A DNA stretch of 64,000 nucleotides from Chiloscyllium plagiosum (taxonomy: Eukaryota): contig NC_057755.1 in assembly GCF_004010195.1 (NCBI RefSeq), forward strand, positions 11,879,660 to 11,943,659, in the 5' to 3' direction. The position numbers were made by a program, and so were the translations under genes. The notes below the pieces were generated by a model, which was given only the letters and a program-made list of their open reading frames with translations, was not told the origin of the DNA and did not search any database. Positions 25,153-38,455 of the stretch are shown here, one piece after another; position 1 is the stretch's first letter, and each line of letters starts with the position of its first letter.

Positions 25153-27159
25153 TCACGAACAATGTGTTGGAGACAGTTGTGTACACAGATCACAATCCTC
25201 TGAAATTCTTGAAATGCTTTAAAGACAAGAATATGAGACTATTTCGTTGGAGTCTTGCAGACTTTTAATTTACAAATCGTACATGTTGCAGGTCGTAAGA
25301 ATGTAATCGCAGGGGGGTTATCATGAATTTACCAAATAAAGTATAAATAAGGTTGGTGTCTATTCAGTGTTATGTATATGTAGGAAGAGGTTAATATGAA
25401 CTTGGATTAAAGTCATATGTATGCCATGGTAATATGGTTAAGGAATAGAGAAAGATATGAAGCCATCTTTTCATTATGACGGTTCATTTTTTTACTTAAG
25501 ATGGGAGATTTATGAAGGTATAAGTGTGTATTGTACATTTATGAGAGACTGGAAGCTTGCATGGACTTAGAGAGGCACAGAGTGTGTTGAAAGAATTTAA
25601 AATGTAACATTTGATAGTGAAACCAATTGTGCAGGTGTGTTGCCATAATACAAAAAAAATCAAATTTAGCCAGTCAGTTTAAATTATGCCCCAGATACCA
25701 AAATCCAATCAAATTTGAATTTAGTATTTTGATAACATCAAACCAATGAAATGATCTGATGTTTTGGGTTATAAAGTCAGACATTTTGAACAATTGGAGG
25801 AAGAGTTGCTAAGAAAACCAACAAGTATTGACTGCAAGTCAAATAGCACTCTGAAAGTTACCTGTTCATATGAAAGACCTGTGAAGCAGAATATTGAAGA
25901 CGACAGAGGAACGTCTACAGAGGAGGATACAAAGGGAAGTTTCGACAGCAGCTGATTTTGAAATTTGAATTATTTTTGTAAATCTTAATCAGGGTTTTCA
26001 TTGGACCAGTATTGTAGAGTGGGAAGGTAAAAATATGTTTAAGAGAAATGAGTTGTAAATAGTTGTTAAGAAATACAATTGTTAATTTTTCCTTTAAATA
26101 ATGATAATTGGGATAGTTCTTTGCCACTTGAAATTTAACAAGTTACAGCATGAGGGGAGCTTTTCTGTGTGTCTGGTTTAAATTAACAGAAGGGTTTACC
26201 CTGTGTCGTAACAAACGAGGACAGAATATAGAATAACGTAGCCTATCCGAAAACCCAACAGATTATCCGAAGTTAATGATGCTGTTCCAAATTCCTGCAA
26301 CAATCCCCATAAACACCACTTGGCAAAAAAGATAAAATCAAACACAAGGTCTTACAGGAGAGAGAGAGACAATTGGCAGAGGTATTCAGTATGAAACACC
26401 TTCTTCCATGTAGCTGTTTCTTTGACCAGCTGTCTCACTGCTATAAACCAAACCAAACCAGAGAAAAGGTGAGCAGGGAGAACTGGCCACTCCTCTTTCA
26501 TTGTACAAGTGTTTTTCTTTCATTTGGAAGCCTTTTGCCTGAGGTAGTATCTGTTAGCTTTAATCAAACTGGTCCTAAAATTCTTCAAACCTAGACTTTT
26601 CGGAATTGCTGCTTTTATGACCTCTCTGGAAAATAAAGCCAAGGACAGCATAACCTTGTTAAAGGAGCAGTGCAAATGTTCCTTGCACTAAAAATCACCA
26701 GGTCATTGATGCAAACCACACAATTGGTTAATCTGCAAATGATTTTATTAGTTGGTCCTTGAAATGTGGTTGCCGCATTTTTCATACCAAAGGAAAAATT
26801 AATATTATTCATTTGGTGTCAGAAAAACTGAAACTGTCTTCACTGTTTCTGACGATCCGCCAGTATCGTCTGAGTAAGTCCAACTCAGAAATATAAGTTG
26901 CTTGTCCCACTTTCTCAATACAGTCTACCAAATGTGGAATACGATACGAATCAAATTTTGTAACTGCACTAAATTTGCAATAGTCCACACATAATCGTTT
27001 GGTACCATCTGGTTTTGAAATCATTACTGTGGGTGAGCTCCAGTGGCTGCAACACAATTCAATAATGTTGTCTTTGAGTATATGTTAAATCTCTTTTTGA
27101 ATCTGTGCCAACCTTAGAGGGTCAAGTCTATAAGGTATTGCTTAATTAGAACATTATTA

Positions 27160-27318
27160 GAAAGCAGGAGACAACAGCTTCGCTTCACTTGGAGGTCGCC
27201 ACTGATGATGTTACCTAGCCAGGTAATGAAACGTCTGGATATCAAACCTACAGCTCAGCGAGCAAACCTACATCCTAAACCTCAACCTGAGCTACAAACC
27301 TTCACAAACCCTGCGAAT
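27160..27318 (+). mobile_element. PLE terminal repeat fragment
   Basis: cagctcagcgagcaaacctacatcc matches the end of the PLE at ~46083-46107. Confidence 0.75.
27199..27238 (+). ncRNA. Minimal type I hammerhead ribozyme, intact core
   Basis: cca-CTGATGA-t-gttacct-agcc-aggtaat-GAAA-cg-TC-tgg: stem I cca/tgg, 7-bp stem II, palindromic ACGT stem III; predicted cleavage after C27235. Confidence 0.8.
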
Positions 27319-29062
27319 TTGATACATAGTCCAAATGTGTGGTCTCTAGACTCTGACTCACCAATTTCTCCTTAATTAATTTCAGTGGAACTCTTATGCC
27401 CAAAACTTAATTCAAATGGTCTGAGTTTGGTAGATTCATTTGGTGTATCTCCAATTTCTGAAAGTATAAATGGAATTCCTTTATCCCAATCTCTGGATGA
27501 TCTTGACTATAAGCCCCGAACGTGTTCTTTGAAGTTTGATGCCACCATAATAATTTTGATGTAAACTTTGACCCTCAATCTGATTGTAGCTCTATGTGTA
27601 ATCGTACCTCGTGAAAATTTTGAGAAACTCTTCTATAACTCTTTTAGCCATGATACTGTGAAATGAATAGCCTTTGGAAATCTAGTAGACACATCCAATA
27701 TGGTCAGCAAATATTGATTCCCACTTTTTGTTTTAGGTAGAGCTTCTATGCAATCAAGTAGGATCCTTGTAAAAGTACCCTGAAATGCAGGAATAGGTAT
27801 TAAAGGTGCTGGTTTTATCACTGTTTGAGGTTTTTCAATTACCTGACATGTGTGACATGTCTGGCAAAATTCAACTATATCTTTATGCAGTGCAGGCCAA
27901 TAAAAAATGCTTTTGTATTTTGGCTTGAGTTTTCCTTCAACTCAAATGACCTCCTACTGGTATTTCATGTGTTACCTGCAACATTCCTTTCTATAACCCA
28001 GGGGTAATGGATGATAATAGTTCAACTGGATGAACTGCTGCCCATTTATCATTCCTGAATATGTGATGGTCTCCATTTCCTCATCAAGACATTATTTTTC
28101 AGATTGTAACATTCTGGAATACACCCAGATTCTTCTTCTGTGAGTGCCTTGAGATACAAGTAATTTAGTTTTTCATCCTTCTGTTGTAATTCAGTTCATT
28201 TCTCTGAACTAGGAATATCCATTATCTTCCACCTATTCTTGTTTTCTTCACACATTTGATCAAATATGGTCTACTTCAACTTACTTATCTTTTTTTTATT
28301 TCTCCTCCTGCTTCAACCTATGGCTTTCTGACCTTTTATCACACAGGAAAAATCCCAGAATACATTTCCTGTAATTCCTCAGTTGCCAGATTTTCTATTA
28401 GCTTGTCAACCACAGTAAGCATCACTCCCACCAGACATTACCAAGAACAAACAGTATTCCTGGAGCCAAGATTTTCTCCAGTACTCCAGTACTCCTACCA
28501 CCATTACTCCACTTTTCACCAGACACTCCAACCTCACTTTATAAAATGGAGCTCTTCTCATCCAACCATGAATTCCACATTTTACTACATATTCTGATAA
28601 TAGTCCTTCTGAATAACCTATCTCTTCGTCTCTCACCAATAAAGATTGACATGTTCCCATTTCTCTTAAAATGTTAATTTCTTTTACCTCCTCCTCTTGG
28701 CATGTACGAGTAAACCTTGTCCTCACAAGTAAATTATTTAAGGAGATCTGGCACTTCTTCTCAACAAACCTCTGACCAAGTTGCAGCTTTTAACTTCCAT
28801 TGTGATTTCCTTTACTATTTCAACAAAACTCAATGGCCTATACTGTTTTCCCAGTGATTTTTCTGAACTAGCAGCACTGCAACTTCATTTTTTTTTCTTT
28901 GGTTTACCCCTGACTAATGCACCGAACTTATATATCCCTGAGAACTATGGACAATTTAGCTTGGCCAATTCATCTGATCTGCACATCTTTGGATTGTGGG
29001 AGGAAATCTGAGCACTCAGAGGAAACCGAAGCAGACACAGGGAGAATGTACAAACTTCACAT

Positions 29063-29940
29063 AATTTGGAGATACCGGTGTTGGACTGGGGTGTACAAAG
29101 TTAAAAATCACACAACACCAGGTACTCATGTGACTCAGCCAATGTTGTCTATCTTATACGTTGCAGGCCAGGATGCCCGGAGGCATGGTACATTGGGGAA
29201 ACCGAGCAAAGGCTACGACAACGGATGAATGGGCACCGCACAACAATCAACAGACAGGAGGGTTCCCTCCCAGTTGGGGAACACTTCAGTGGTCCAGGAC
29301 ATTCAGGCTCGGACCTTCGGGTGACCATCCTCCAAGGTGGACTTCGGGACAGGCAGCAGAGGAAAGTGGCCGAGCAGAGGCTGATAGCAAAGTTCGGTAA
29401 CCATAGGGAGGGCCTCAACCGGGACTTTGGGTTCATGCCACATTACAGGTGATCACCATTGCACTACACACACACAGATATTCCTACACACACATTCTCA
29501 CATACACACGGACACAGGTACACACAGACGCGCACACAGACACCCACACTCACACATGCACCCCCTCACAGACTTAAGACACTCTGCACTCAAAAAGGAG
29601 CTGGCAGACAAAGGGATTGTAGATAGTAGGTCAGGAAAGAAAAATAACTTAGGTGGAAATGGGGACTGTGAGTGGGTGAAAATGGGTTGGCTGTGCTAAA
29701 AGCAAAAGGTTTTGTGATTTACACATGAAAGAAGTGAAACTATCACTGTATTCTAACAGATGAAAGGCTTAACAGACAATCAATTTTCAATGTATAATTT
29801 CAGTTCCATCACACTGCAAATTTTTGCTATAAATTCTGTGTTACGATCGAGCCCTCCACTATCACCTGATGAAGGAGCATCGCTCCGAAAGCTAGTGTGC
29901 TTCCAATTAAACCTGTTGGACTATAACCTGGTGTTGTGTC
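29063..29940 (+). mobile_element. 5'-truncated Penelope-like element (GIY-YIG endonuclease and terminal repeat) with inverted 5' terminal piece
   Basis: Reads YSCDSANVVYLIRC...WYIGETEQRLRQRMNGHR (GIY-YIG); acacaacaccagg at ~29110 is inverted at cctggtgttgtgt ~29927. Confidence 0.85.
29863..29897 (+). ncRNA. Minimal type I hammerhead ribozyme, intact core
   Basis: cac-CTGATGA-a-ggagc-atc-gctcc-GAAA-gc-TA-gtg; predicted cleavage after A29894. Confidence 0.8.
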
Positions 29941-30809
29941 ACATAGACGGTCACCTGAGGCAGGAATTGAACTCTGGTGCTGTGAGGCACCAGTGCTAAC
30001 CACTGAGCCACCATGCCACTCATATCACTATCACTTCATGTGGCCCACTTTATTGCAGTGAAAACACCTGAGCGTTTTTACTTCTCTTCCCCCCATGGGT
30101 TTCTACATCAGCCGATTCCTTCACAGATTGAAACTGATGTCAGAAGCCAAACTTTGATTTATGAACCAACTCATAATCAACAGCCTATTCCGCTGTTAAA
30201 CTTGCAGTTTTAACTCTCTGCTCTTCCACATGAGCTTTCATTACTTCAGAAAGTGAATTTTTGAACTCCTCCACGATTCTAAGAGCTTCATGTGTTTGAT
30301 CTACTTCCAATGCCCTTATCCACCTATCAAAATTACTTTGTTTGATCCTTTCAAACTCAATGTACGTTTGACCTTACTTAAATTCCTGAAACATTGTCTG
30401 TTGGCTTCTGGTGCTAGTGCAGAAGCACTTAAGATGACATTTTTCACCTCCTTATACTTCCCAGATACCAGCTATGATGGTGATACTAGCTCTAACTACT
30501 AACTTGGTTTGAATCAACAATACCCACATGGTCACAGTCCACTTCACTGTTTAGCCATTTTCCCAAATGAAATGGAAAAGGCTTCTACATCTTCCTTGTT
30601 GAATTTAAGCAATGTCTGGACATATTTAAATAGAAACCTATCAGGGCTTTGGCTATGATGGGCTTGCTTGTCATCATTATCCTCTTCACTAAGCATACCT
30701 TCTACCTTTACTTTTCAAGTTACTATCTTACAGACAGCTCTGCACCTCTTGTTCAACCTCTCTTAAACAAAAAGGACAAATAACTTCTTAAAGCCACAGA
30801 ATCGTCACA

Positions 30810-32575
30810 ACTGAACTAATACCATATTCTTCTAAACCCTTCCTATTCATGTGCTTTTACAAATGGCTTTTAAATGTTGTAATGATACCTGCCTCTACCA
30901 CTTCCTCTGGTAGCACATTTCACACATCCACCATCCTCTGTGTGAAAAGTTGACCCTTAAATTTTTCCCCTCTCACTTTAAACCTATTCCCTTGAGTTTT
31001 GGATTCCCACACCCTTGGAAAAAGACCTTTGCTATTCACCTTATCTATGCTCCTCATGATTTTATAAACCCCTTTAAGGTCACCCCTCAGTCTCCAACGT
31101 TCCAGGAAAGAAAGTCAAGTACATTTTCTTGAACATACTTAACAAGTTCCTCCCCATCCAAGCTCTTTAAAGTATTGCAGTCCCAGTCTATGTTTGGAAA
31201 GTTAAAATCCCCTGCCATTATTCTTACAGATATCTGAGTTCTCCCTACATGTTTACTGTTCAATTTTCCATTGACAATTGTGGGGTTTTTTGTACAATTC
31301 TATCCTATCCAGGTGATCATCCCCTTCTTATTTCTCAGTTCCACACATAAAACTTCATTAGACTATCCCTCAGGAATATCCTCTCTAAGTACAACAGTAA
31401 TATTGTCCTTTATGAAAAATGCCACACCCTTCCTCTTTCCTTTCTTTTTATTCCTCCTCGGAACGTTTACACCCAGAACATTAAGCTGCCAGTTCTCGCC
31501 CTCCTTCACCACATTCCTGTAACAACAATGCTACCCCAGTCCCTAAGTTTCCATCCATGCCCTGGGTTCATCTGCCTTACCTGTCAGGTCTTTTGCATTG
31601 AAATAAATGCAGTTAATTTGTAAGGCTTACCTCATTTTCTACCATGCTCTTGCCCATCTTGTCCATTTAACTTGCTTCCCTTAACTACGGTACCAGCCTC
31701 AACCTTCTTTCTTTTCTCACCATTGCTTTAGATCCCACACCCATCTGCTCTCTTCCCCACACTAGCTTAAAGCCTCCGGAGGAGCACAAGCAAATCTCCC
31801 CACTAGGATATTGGTCTTGCTTCCAATTCAGGTACAATCCATCCCTCTTGTAAAGGTAATGTTTGCCTCAGGAGAAATCCCAATGATCCAAACATTTGAA
31901 TTCCTACCTCCTGCACCAGCTCCTTCACCACATGTTTAACTGCGCTATCCTCGTATTCCTACTGTTGCAGTCATGTGGCACCAGGAGGAATCCAGAAATC
32001 ACCACCTTTGAGTTCCTGCTTTTAAATATTCATTCTAATTTTGTATATTCTCTTTGTAGATCCTCATCCCTTCATTGGTACCAATGTCTGCAAGACCCTC
32101 TATCTGCTCATTCAATTCTTTAAGAATTTTCTGCAGGCGGCCGAGACGTCCTTGAACTTGACACAGGGGAGGCAACACACCATCTTGATGTCATGCACGC
32201 AGCTACAAGAAATGCCTATCTGTGCCCCTGACTAGTGAGGCCCCAATCACAATTGATCACTTGGATCTTGACAGACCCCTCTTAAGAGCAGAGTCAGTCA
32301 TGGTGTCATCTGCAAACTTACTAACTATACCTCTTATGCTCACATCCAAATCATTCGAGATGTACAGCACGGAAACAGACACTTTGGTCCAACCTGTTCA
32401 TGCCGACCAGATATCCTAAATTAATCTAGTCCTATTTACCAGCACTTGGCCCATATCCCTCTAAACTCTTCTTATTCATATACACATTAGATGTTGTAAT
32501 TGTACCAGCCTCCACCACTTCCTCTGGCAGTTCCTTTCATACATGCACCACCCTCTGCGTGAAAAAGTTGCCCCT
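30810..32575 (-). mobile_element. Degraded CR1 fragments (3' end, endonuclease and ORF1 remnants)
   Basis: Reverse-complement CR1 3' region 30830-31130; GDFNFP remnant ~31200; 3' UTR copy 32355-32575. Confidence 0.65.
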
Positions 32576-32835
32576 CCTGACCAGATGTATCCAAGAACAC
32601 TGTAAGAACTGAGAGAAGAAATTGCAAGGTCCTTGGCTGATATTTTTGCATCGGGTAAGGTCCCGGAAGACTGGAGGGTAGTGAATGTTGTGCCCTTATA
32701 CAACAAGGGCTGCAAAGAAAATCCTGGGAACCAAAGACCAGTAAGCCTAACATCTGTGGAAGGTACGTTACTTGAGAAGATTCTGAGAGATAAGATATAT
32801 ATACATTTGGAAAGATAGGGTTTGATTAGGAGTAG

Positions 32836-33812
32836 GAGAAAGTGAGGACTACAGATGCTGGAGATCAAAGTCAAAGAGAGTGATGCTGGAAAAGCACAGC
32901 CAGTCAGACAGTTCTGAGGAGTAGGAGAATCAACTTTTCAAGCAGAAGCTCTTCATCAGGAATGAGACTTGTAGTCCAACGGGTTTGAGAGATAAATGGG
33001 AGGAGGGTGGGACTGAAGGATGGTAGCTGGCAATGTGATAGGGAGATGAAGGTGGGGGGGTGAAAGCAATAGGTCAGAGAGGAGGGTGGAGCAGATAGGT
33101 GGGAAGGAAGATGAACAGGTAGGACAGGTCATGAGGGCAGTGGCAAATTGGAAAGTTGGCTCTGGATAAGGTGGGTGGAAGGAAATGAAGAAACTAGTGA
33201 AATCCATATTAATCCCGCATGTTGGAGGGTCCCAATGCGGAAGATGAGGTGTTCTTCCTCCAGGCATCAGGTGGTTAGGGTTTGGGGGTGGAGGAGGCCC
33301 AGGACATGTTTGTCCTTGGCGGAGTGGGAGGGGCAGTTAAAACGCTCAGCCACAGGCAGTGGGTTGTTTAGTGCGTGTGTCCCAGAGATGTTCTCTGAAA
33401 TGCTCTGCAAGTTGGTATCTTGTCTCCCCAATGAAGAGGAAACCACATCGGGAGCAATGGATACAGTAGATGATGTGTGAAAGTGCAAGGAAATCTGTGT
33501 CAGATATGGAAGGCTCCTTTGCTCTGTCAGAGATTAACCTGTACTTCCACACACTTCATCTACTGTGTCCGTTGCTCCCGATGTCCCACCTGTCCATCTT
33601 CCTTAACACCTATCTGCTCTATCCGTCTCTCCAACCAATCACCTTCACCCCACCTTTGTCTAACTATCGTATTTCCAGGTACCTTCCCCCCAAACCTACC
33701 CCCTCCCATTTTACTCTCAGCCCCCTTGGCTCACAAGGCTCATTCCTGATGAAGGGCTTATGCTTGAAACATCGATTCTCCTGCTCCTCGGATGTTGTCT
33801 GACTGGCTTTTC
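32836..33812. mobile_element. Inverted PLE fragment (GIY-YIG plus two terminal repeats), 11-bp TSD
   Basis: TSD attaggagtag at 32825-32835 and 33813-33823; minus strand HIIYCIHCSRCGFLFIGETRYQLAEHFREH; hammerhead cores at 32928-32963 (-) and 33743-33776 (+). Confidence 0.85.
33743..33776 (+). ncRNA. Minimal hammerhead-like core, partly decayed
   Basis: ttc-CTGATGA-a-gggc-ttat-gctt-GAAA-ca-TC-gat. Confidence 0.6.
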
Positions 33813-35024
33813 ATTAGGAGTAGTCAGCATGGCTTTGAGCATGGGAGATCCTGCCTCACAAATTTGTTCGAGTTCTTTGATAAAGTGACCAGGAAGATTG
33901 ACAAGGGCAGTAAGGCCTTTGACAAGGTTCCACATGGTGAGCTACTCTGGAAGGCTAGATCGAATCCAGGGGGAGCTGGCAAATTGGATACACAATTGGT
34001 TTGATGATAGGAAGCAGAGGGGAATTGAGTTTTGAGAAGATTGTAGCTCAGGTTAAAGTTCTGGATGTAGGATTGCTTGCTGAGCTGGAATGTTCATTTT
34101 CAAACGTTTCGTCACCATAACATCATCGGTGAGCTTCCAGATGAAGCACTGCTGGTATGGCCTGCTTTCTAATTAAGTGTTTGGGTTTTCTTGGGTTGGT
34201 GATGTCATTCCTTGTGGTGATATCATTTCCTGTTCTTTTTCTCAGGGGTGGTAAATGGGATCCAAGTCAATGTGTTTGTTGATAGAGTTCTGGTTGGAAT
34301 ACCATGCTTATAGGAATTCTTGTGCATATTTCTGTTTGGCTTGTCCTAGGATGGATATGTTGTCCCAGTGAAAGTGGTGTTCTTCTTCATCTCTATGTAA
34401 GGATGCTAGTGAGAGTGGGTCATGTCATTTTGTGGCTAGTTGATGTTCATGTATCCTGGTGGCTAGTTTTCTGTCTATTTGTCCAATGTGTTGTTTTGTC
34501 CAAAATTCACAAACCAGGAGCTCCCCTCAGACCAATAGTCTCACTACCTGGAATACCAACTTTCAGATTGGCCAAAGAACTACACCAAAGACTATAACAC
34601 TTTGTAGAAGCCTCCATGTGTGTGTTTCAGCGGCAGCAGCAACTTGAAGGGTGGGAGCTTGGACCAGGGGCCTGTCGGGAATGGTGAGTCACTGATTTGA
34701 ACCTTTAAAAAATTCCCTGAAGCGCGGGAGTCCTCCATTTCTGTTTTTCAGCAGCAGCAGCAATTTGAAGGGTGGGAGCTTGGACCAGGGGCTTGCCGGG
34801 AGCGGTGAGTCACTGATTTGAGCTTTTATATTTGAAGTCAGAGAGCAGAGGTTTCTGGGAAAGGAGGGACTACTTATTTTTATTTCCATCCAGCTATATA
34901 AGTCAGTGTTTTCTCCACCTGAGACCCTCCCTTTGTAGGGCCTCCAGTCCAACCGCCTCGTCTAACCTCAAAGACCAGGGTCCCATCAGGTAAGCTTTAC
35001 TTTGTGATAAGGGGACTAGCAGGG

Positions 35025-35967
35025 ATGGCAGTGCAGGGAGAGCAATGTTCTTCCTGCATGATGTTTGAGGTGAGGTTAGTGATGTTTGAGGTGAAGGACG
35101 CCATTAGTGTCCCGTCCAAGTACATCTGCAGGAAGTGCACCCAACTCTCACTCCTCCAAGACAGTGTTAGGGAACTGGAGTGGGAGCTTGATGAGCTTTG
35201 GATCATTCGGGAGGCAGAGACTGTGATAGATAAGCGTTACAGGGAAGTAGTTACTCCTAGGCATGAAGAAAGCTGGGTGACTGTTTAAAGGGGAAAAAAC
35301 AGTCAGTGGATGGACCCCTGTGGTCCTTCCCCCTGAAAAACATGTATACCATTTTGGATACTGTTGAGGGGAATGACTTACCAGGGGTATGCATTGGGTC
35401 CAGGTCTCTGGCACAGAGCCTGTCCCTGTTGCACAGAAGGGAAGGAGGGAAAGGAGGAGAGTATTAGTCATTGGGGACTCAATAGTTAGAGGGTCAGATA
35501 GAAGGTTTGTTGGGAACGAACAAGACTCACAGTTGGTGTGTTGCCTCCCAGGTGCCAGGGTCCATGATGTCTCCGATCGTATCTTTGGGGTCCTGAAGGG
35601 AGAGCGTGACCAGCCTCAAGTTGTGGTCCATGTAGGTACCAACGATATAGGTAGAAAGAGGGATAGGGATGTAAGGCAGGATTTCAGGGAGCTAGGGTGG
35701 AAGCTGAGAGCTAGAACAAACAGAGTTGTTACCTTTGCTTTGTTACCCGTGCCACGTGATGACGAGGCAAGGAATAGGGAGAGATATCAGCTAAACACGT
35801 GACTGCAAGGATGGTGCAGGAGGGAGGGTTTCAGGTACTTGGATAATTGAGGCTCATTCTGGGGAAGGTGGGACTTGTACAAACAGGACGGTCTTCACTT
35901 GAACCAGAGGTGTACTAATATCCTGGGTGGGAAATTTGCTGATGCTATTCGGGTGGGTTTAAACTAG
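35025..35967 (+). pseudogene. CR1 ORF1: zinc finger plus SGNH/GDSL esterase-like domain (disrupted)
   Basis: CSSC...CRKC; VIGDSIVRG; VHVGTNDIG; DGLHL; internal stops and frameshift. Confidence 0.8.
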
Positions 35968-38455
35968 CTCAGCAGGGGGATGGGAACCGGAGGTGTAGTT
36001 GCAGTGCACAAGAGGATGAGAGTAGGGAGGACAGGGACAGGATTTCAGGGTGACAGGAATGTGCTGGCAAACAGCGAAGTGGTTTGAAGTGTGTCTACTT
36101 CAACGCCAGAAGTATCCGAAATTAGGTAGGTGAGCTTGCAGCATGGATAGGTACCTGGGACTTCGATCTTGTGGCCATTTCGGAGACATGGATAGAGCAG
36201 GGTGAGGAATGGATGTTGCAGTTCCAGGGTTTAGATCTTTCATTAGGAATAGGCAAGGCGATAAAAGAGGGGGAGGTGTGGCCTTGTTAGTCAAGGATAG
36301 TATAACGGTGGCAGAGAGAATTTTTGACAAGGATTTGAATACTGAGGTAGTGTGGGCTGAGGTTAGAAACAGGAGAGGAGAGGTCACACTTCTTGGAGGT
36401 TTTTATAGGCCTCCGCAGAGTTCCAGGGAGGTGGATGAGAGGATTGGCAAAATTATTCTGGGTAGGAGTGAAAGGAACAGGGTGGTCATTATGGGCGACT
36501 TTAACTTCCCCATTGACGGAAATGCTATAACTCTAGTACATCGGATGGATCAGTTTTTGTCCAATGTGTACAAACAGGAGGGTTTCCTGACACAGTATGT
36601 CGAAAGGCCGACAAGAGGGGAGGCCACATTGGATCTGGTGCTTGGTAATGACCCAGGCCAGGTGTTTGATTTAGTTGTAGGTGAGCACTTTGGAGAGAGT
36701 GACCATAATCCAGTTACGTTTAGTTTAGCAATGGAAAGGGATAAGTACATGCCACAGGTCAAGAGTTATCGATGGGGCAATTATAATGCGATTAGGCAAG
36801 AATTAGGATGCATAGAATGGGATAGCAAAATGCAGGGGATGCAGACAATGGAAATGTGGAGCTGGTTTAAGGAACAGATACTGCGTGTCCTTGATAGGTA
36901 TGTCCCTGTCAGGCAGGGAGGAAGTGATAAGGTAAGGGAACCGTGGTTGCGGAAGAAGGAGGCTTACGTGTTGATGAGGCAAGATAGTTCAGATGAGGCG
37001 ATGGAGAATTATAGATCAGCGAGGAAGGATTTAATGAAAGAGTTAAGAAGAGCAAAGAGAGCAAAAAGAGTTAGTCACCAATGATCAACACGAGCAGTCT
37101 TTAACAAATAGAATAAAGGAGAATCCTAAAGCTTCTATGTGAGGAATAAAAGGATGATTAGGGTAGGAATAAGGCCAGTCAAAGGCAGACGTGGGAGGTT
37201 GAGTGTGGACCCTTTGGAGATCGGAGAGGTGCCAAACAAGCATTTCTTATTGGTTTTCACTCAGGAAAAGGAGAATATTGTCGAGGAGAAGAATGAGGTA
37301 CGAAATATTAGACTAGAAAAGATCGAGGTTAGTTACGAACAGGTGTTATCAGTTCTAGAAGGAGTGAAAGTAGACAGGTCCCCTGGGCCAGATGGGATTT
37401 ATCAGAGGATCCTCTGGGAAGCTAGGGAGGAGATAGCAGAGCCTTTGGCTTTGATATTTGAGTCATCATTGTCTACACGTTTAGTACCAGAGGATGGAGG
37501 ATAGCAAAGTGCCCCTGTTCAAGAAGGGCAGTAGAGATGACCCAGGTAATTATAGACCAGTGAACGTTACTTCTGTTGTAGGAAAGGTTTTGGAAAGGAT
37601 TATAAGAGATAAGATTTATAATCATCTAGCAAGCAACAATTTGATTTCAGATAGTCAACATGGTTTCGTCAAGGGCAAGTCGTGTCTCACAAACCTCATT
37701 GAGCTTTTTGAGAAAGTGACCAAGCATGTAGATGAGGGTAGGGCAGTTGACGTGGACTTCAGTAAAGCCTTTGATAAAGTTCCACATGGTAGGCTGTTGG
37801 AGAAAATGCAAAGGCATGGGATTGAGGGTGATTTAGCAGTTTGGATTAGAAACTGGCTTTCTGAAAGTAGGCAGCGAGTAGTGGTTGATGGAAAATATTC
37901 AGCTTGGAAACCGGTTATTAGTGGTGTGCCACAAGGGTCTGTTTTGGGACCACTGCTGTTTGTCATTTTTATAAATGACATAGACATAGGCATAGATGGA
38001 TGAATTAGTAAATTTGCAGATGACACTAAAGTCAGTGGAGTAGTGGACAGTTTGGAAGAATGTTACAGGTTGCAGGGGGACTTGGATAAACTGCAGAATT
38101 GGGCTGAGAAGTGGCAAATGGAGTTCAATGCAGCTAAATGTGAGGTGGTGCACTTTGGGAAGAATAACAGGAAGGCAGAGTACTGGGTCAATGGAAAGAT
38201 TCTTGGTAGTGTGGATATGCAGAGGGATCTTGGAGTCCATGTACATAGATCCCTGAAAGTTGCCACCCAGATTGATAGTGCTGTTAAGAAGGCATATGGG
38301 GACTCGACAAAATGGCGGCAATTCTGTAGAACTGCTGTGGACAGCTTTGCCTAACAGCAAAGGTATACTGGTGTTTTTTGCCATCCCTGGCCAACTTATG
38401 TGGTGAAATTATTAGTTTAAAACCTTACAGAACACATATTTGTTCATATTTTGGA

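Larger units (their letters stand above)
17287..26213 (+). mobile_element. Gmr1-type Ty3/Gypsy LTR retrotransposon (inner element), degraded
   Basis: LTRs 17287-17959 and ~25509-26213; degenerate tRNA-Pro PBS (ggggctcatcactgggat) at ~17964; gag with zinc knuckle CFHCGKVVHIKSQC ~19845; PR ILRDTGSNQSLI ~20115; INT (GGHLGVRKT, SAYHPESQG, GPY) ~22440-23450; RT YLDDVVIF ~24410; RNase H (VGYFSKKL) ~24880. Confidence 0.85.
17110..26670 (-). mobile_element. Solo Gypsy LTR (17110-17286 plus 26214-26670) inserted in the RT of the outer element and split by the inner element
   Basis: ttatgaaccaggccagacccc...gtagcccagacc resembles the 14933 LTR; the RT frame DLVIFS..KEHL / HLSELF resumes across it. Confidence 0.6.
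28905..30020 (-). mobile_element. HE1-like SINE split by a PLE insertion
   Basis: SINE body at 28905-29062 and head at ~29941-30020. Confidence 0.75.
14933..30809 (-). mobile_element. Degraded Gmr1-type Ty3/Gypsy LTR retrotransposon (outer element, many nested insertions)
   Basis: 3' LTR 14933-15540 (TG...CA) next to PPT complement tctctcccct; partial 5' LTR ~30716-30809. Minus-strand order: gag ~30100-30700, PR (ILREMGTCQSLL) ~28650, INT ~27350-27990, RT (SSPTVMISKPDGTKRLCVDY) ~26670-27150 and 16900-17100, RNase H (LYTDHNPL) ~16470-16900. Confidence 0.75.
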
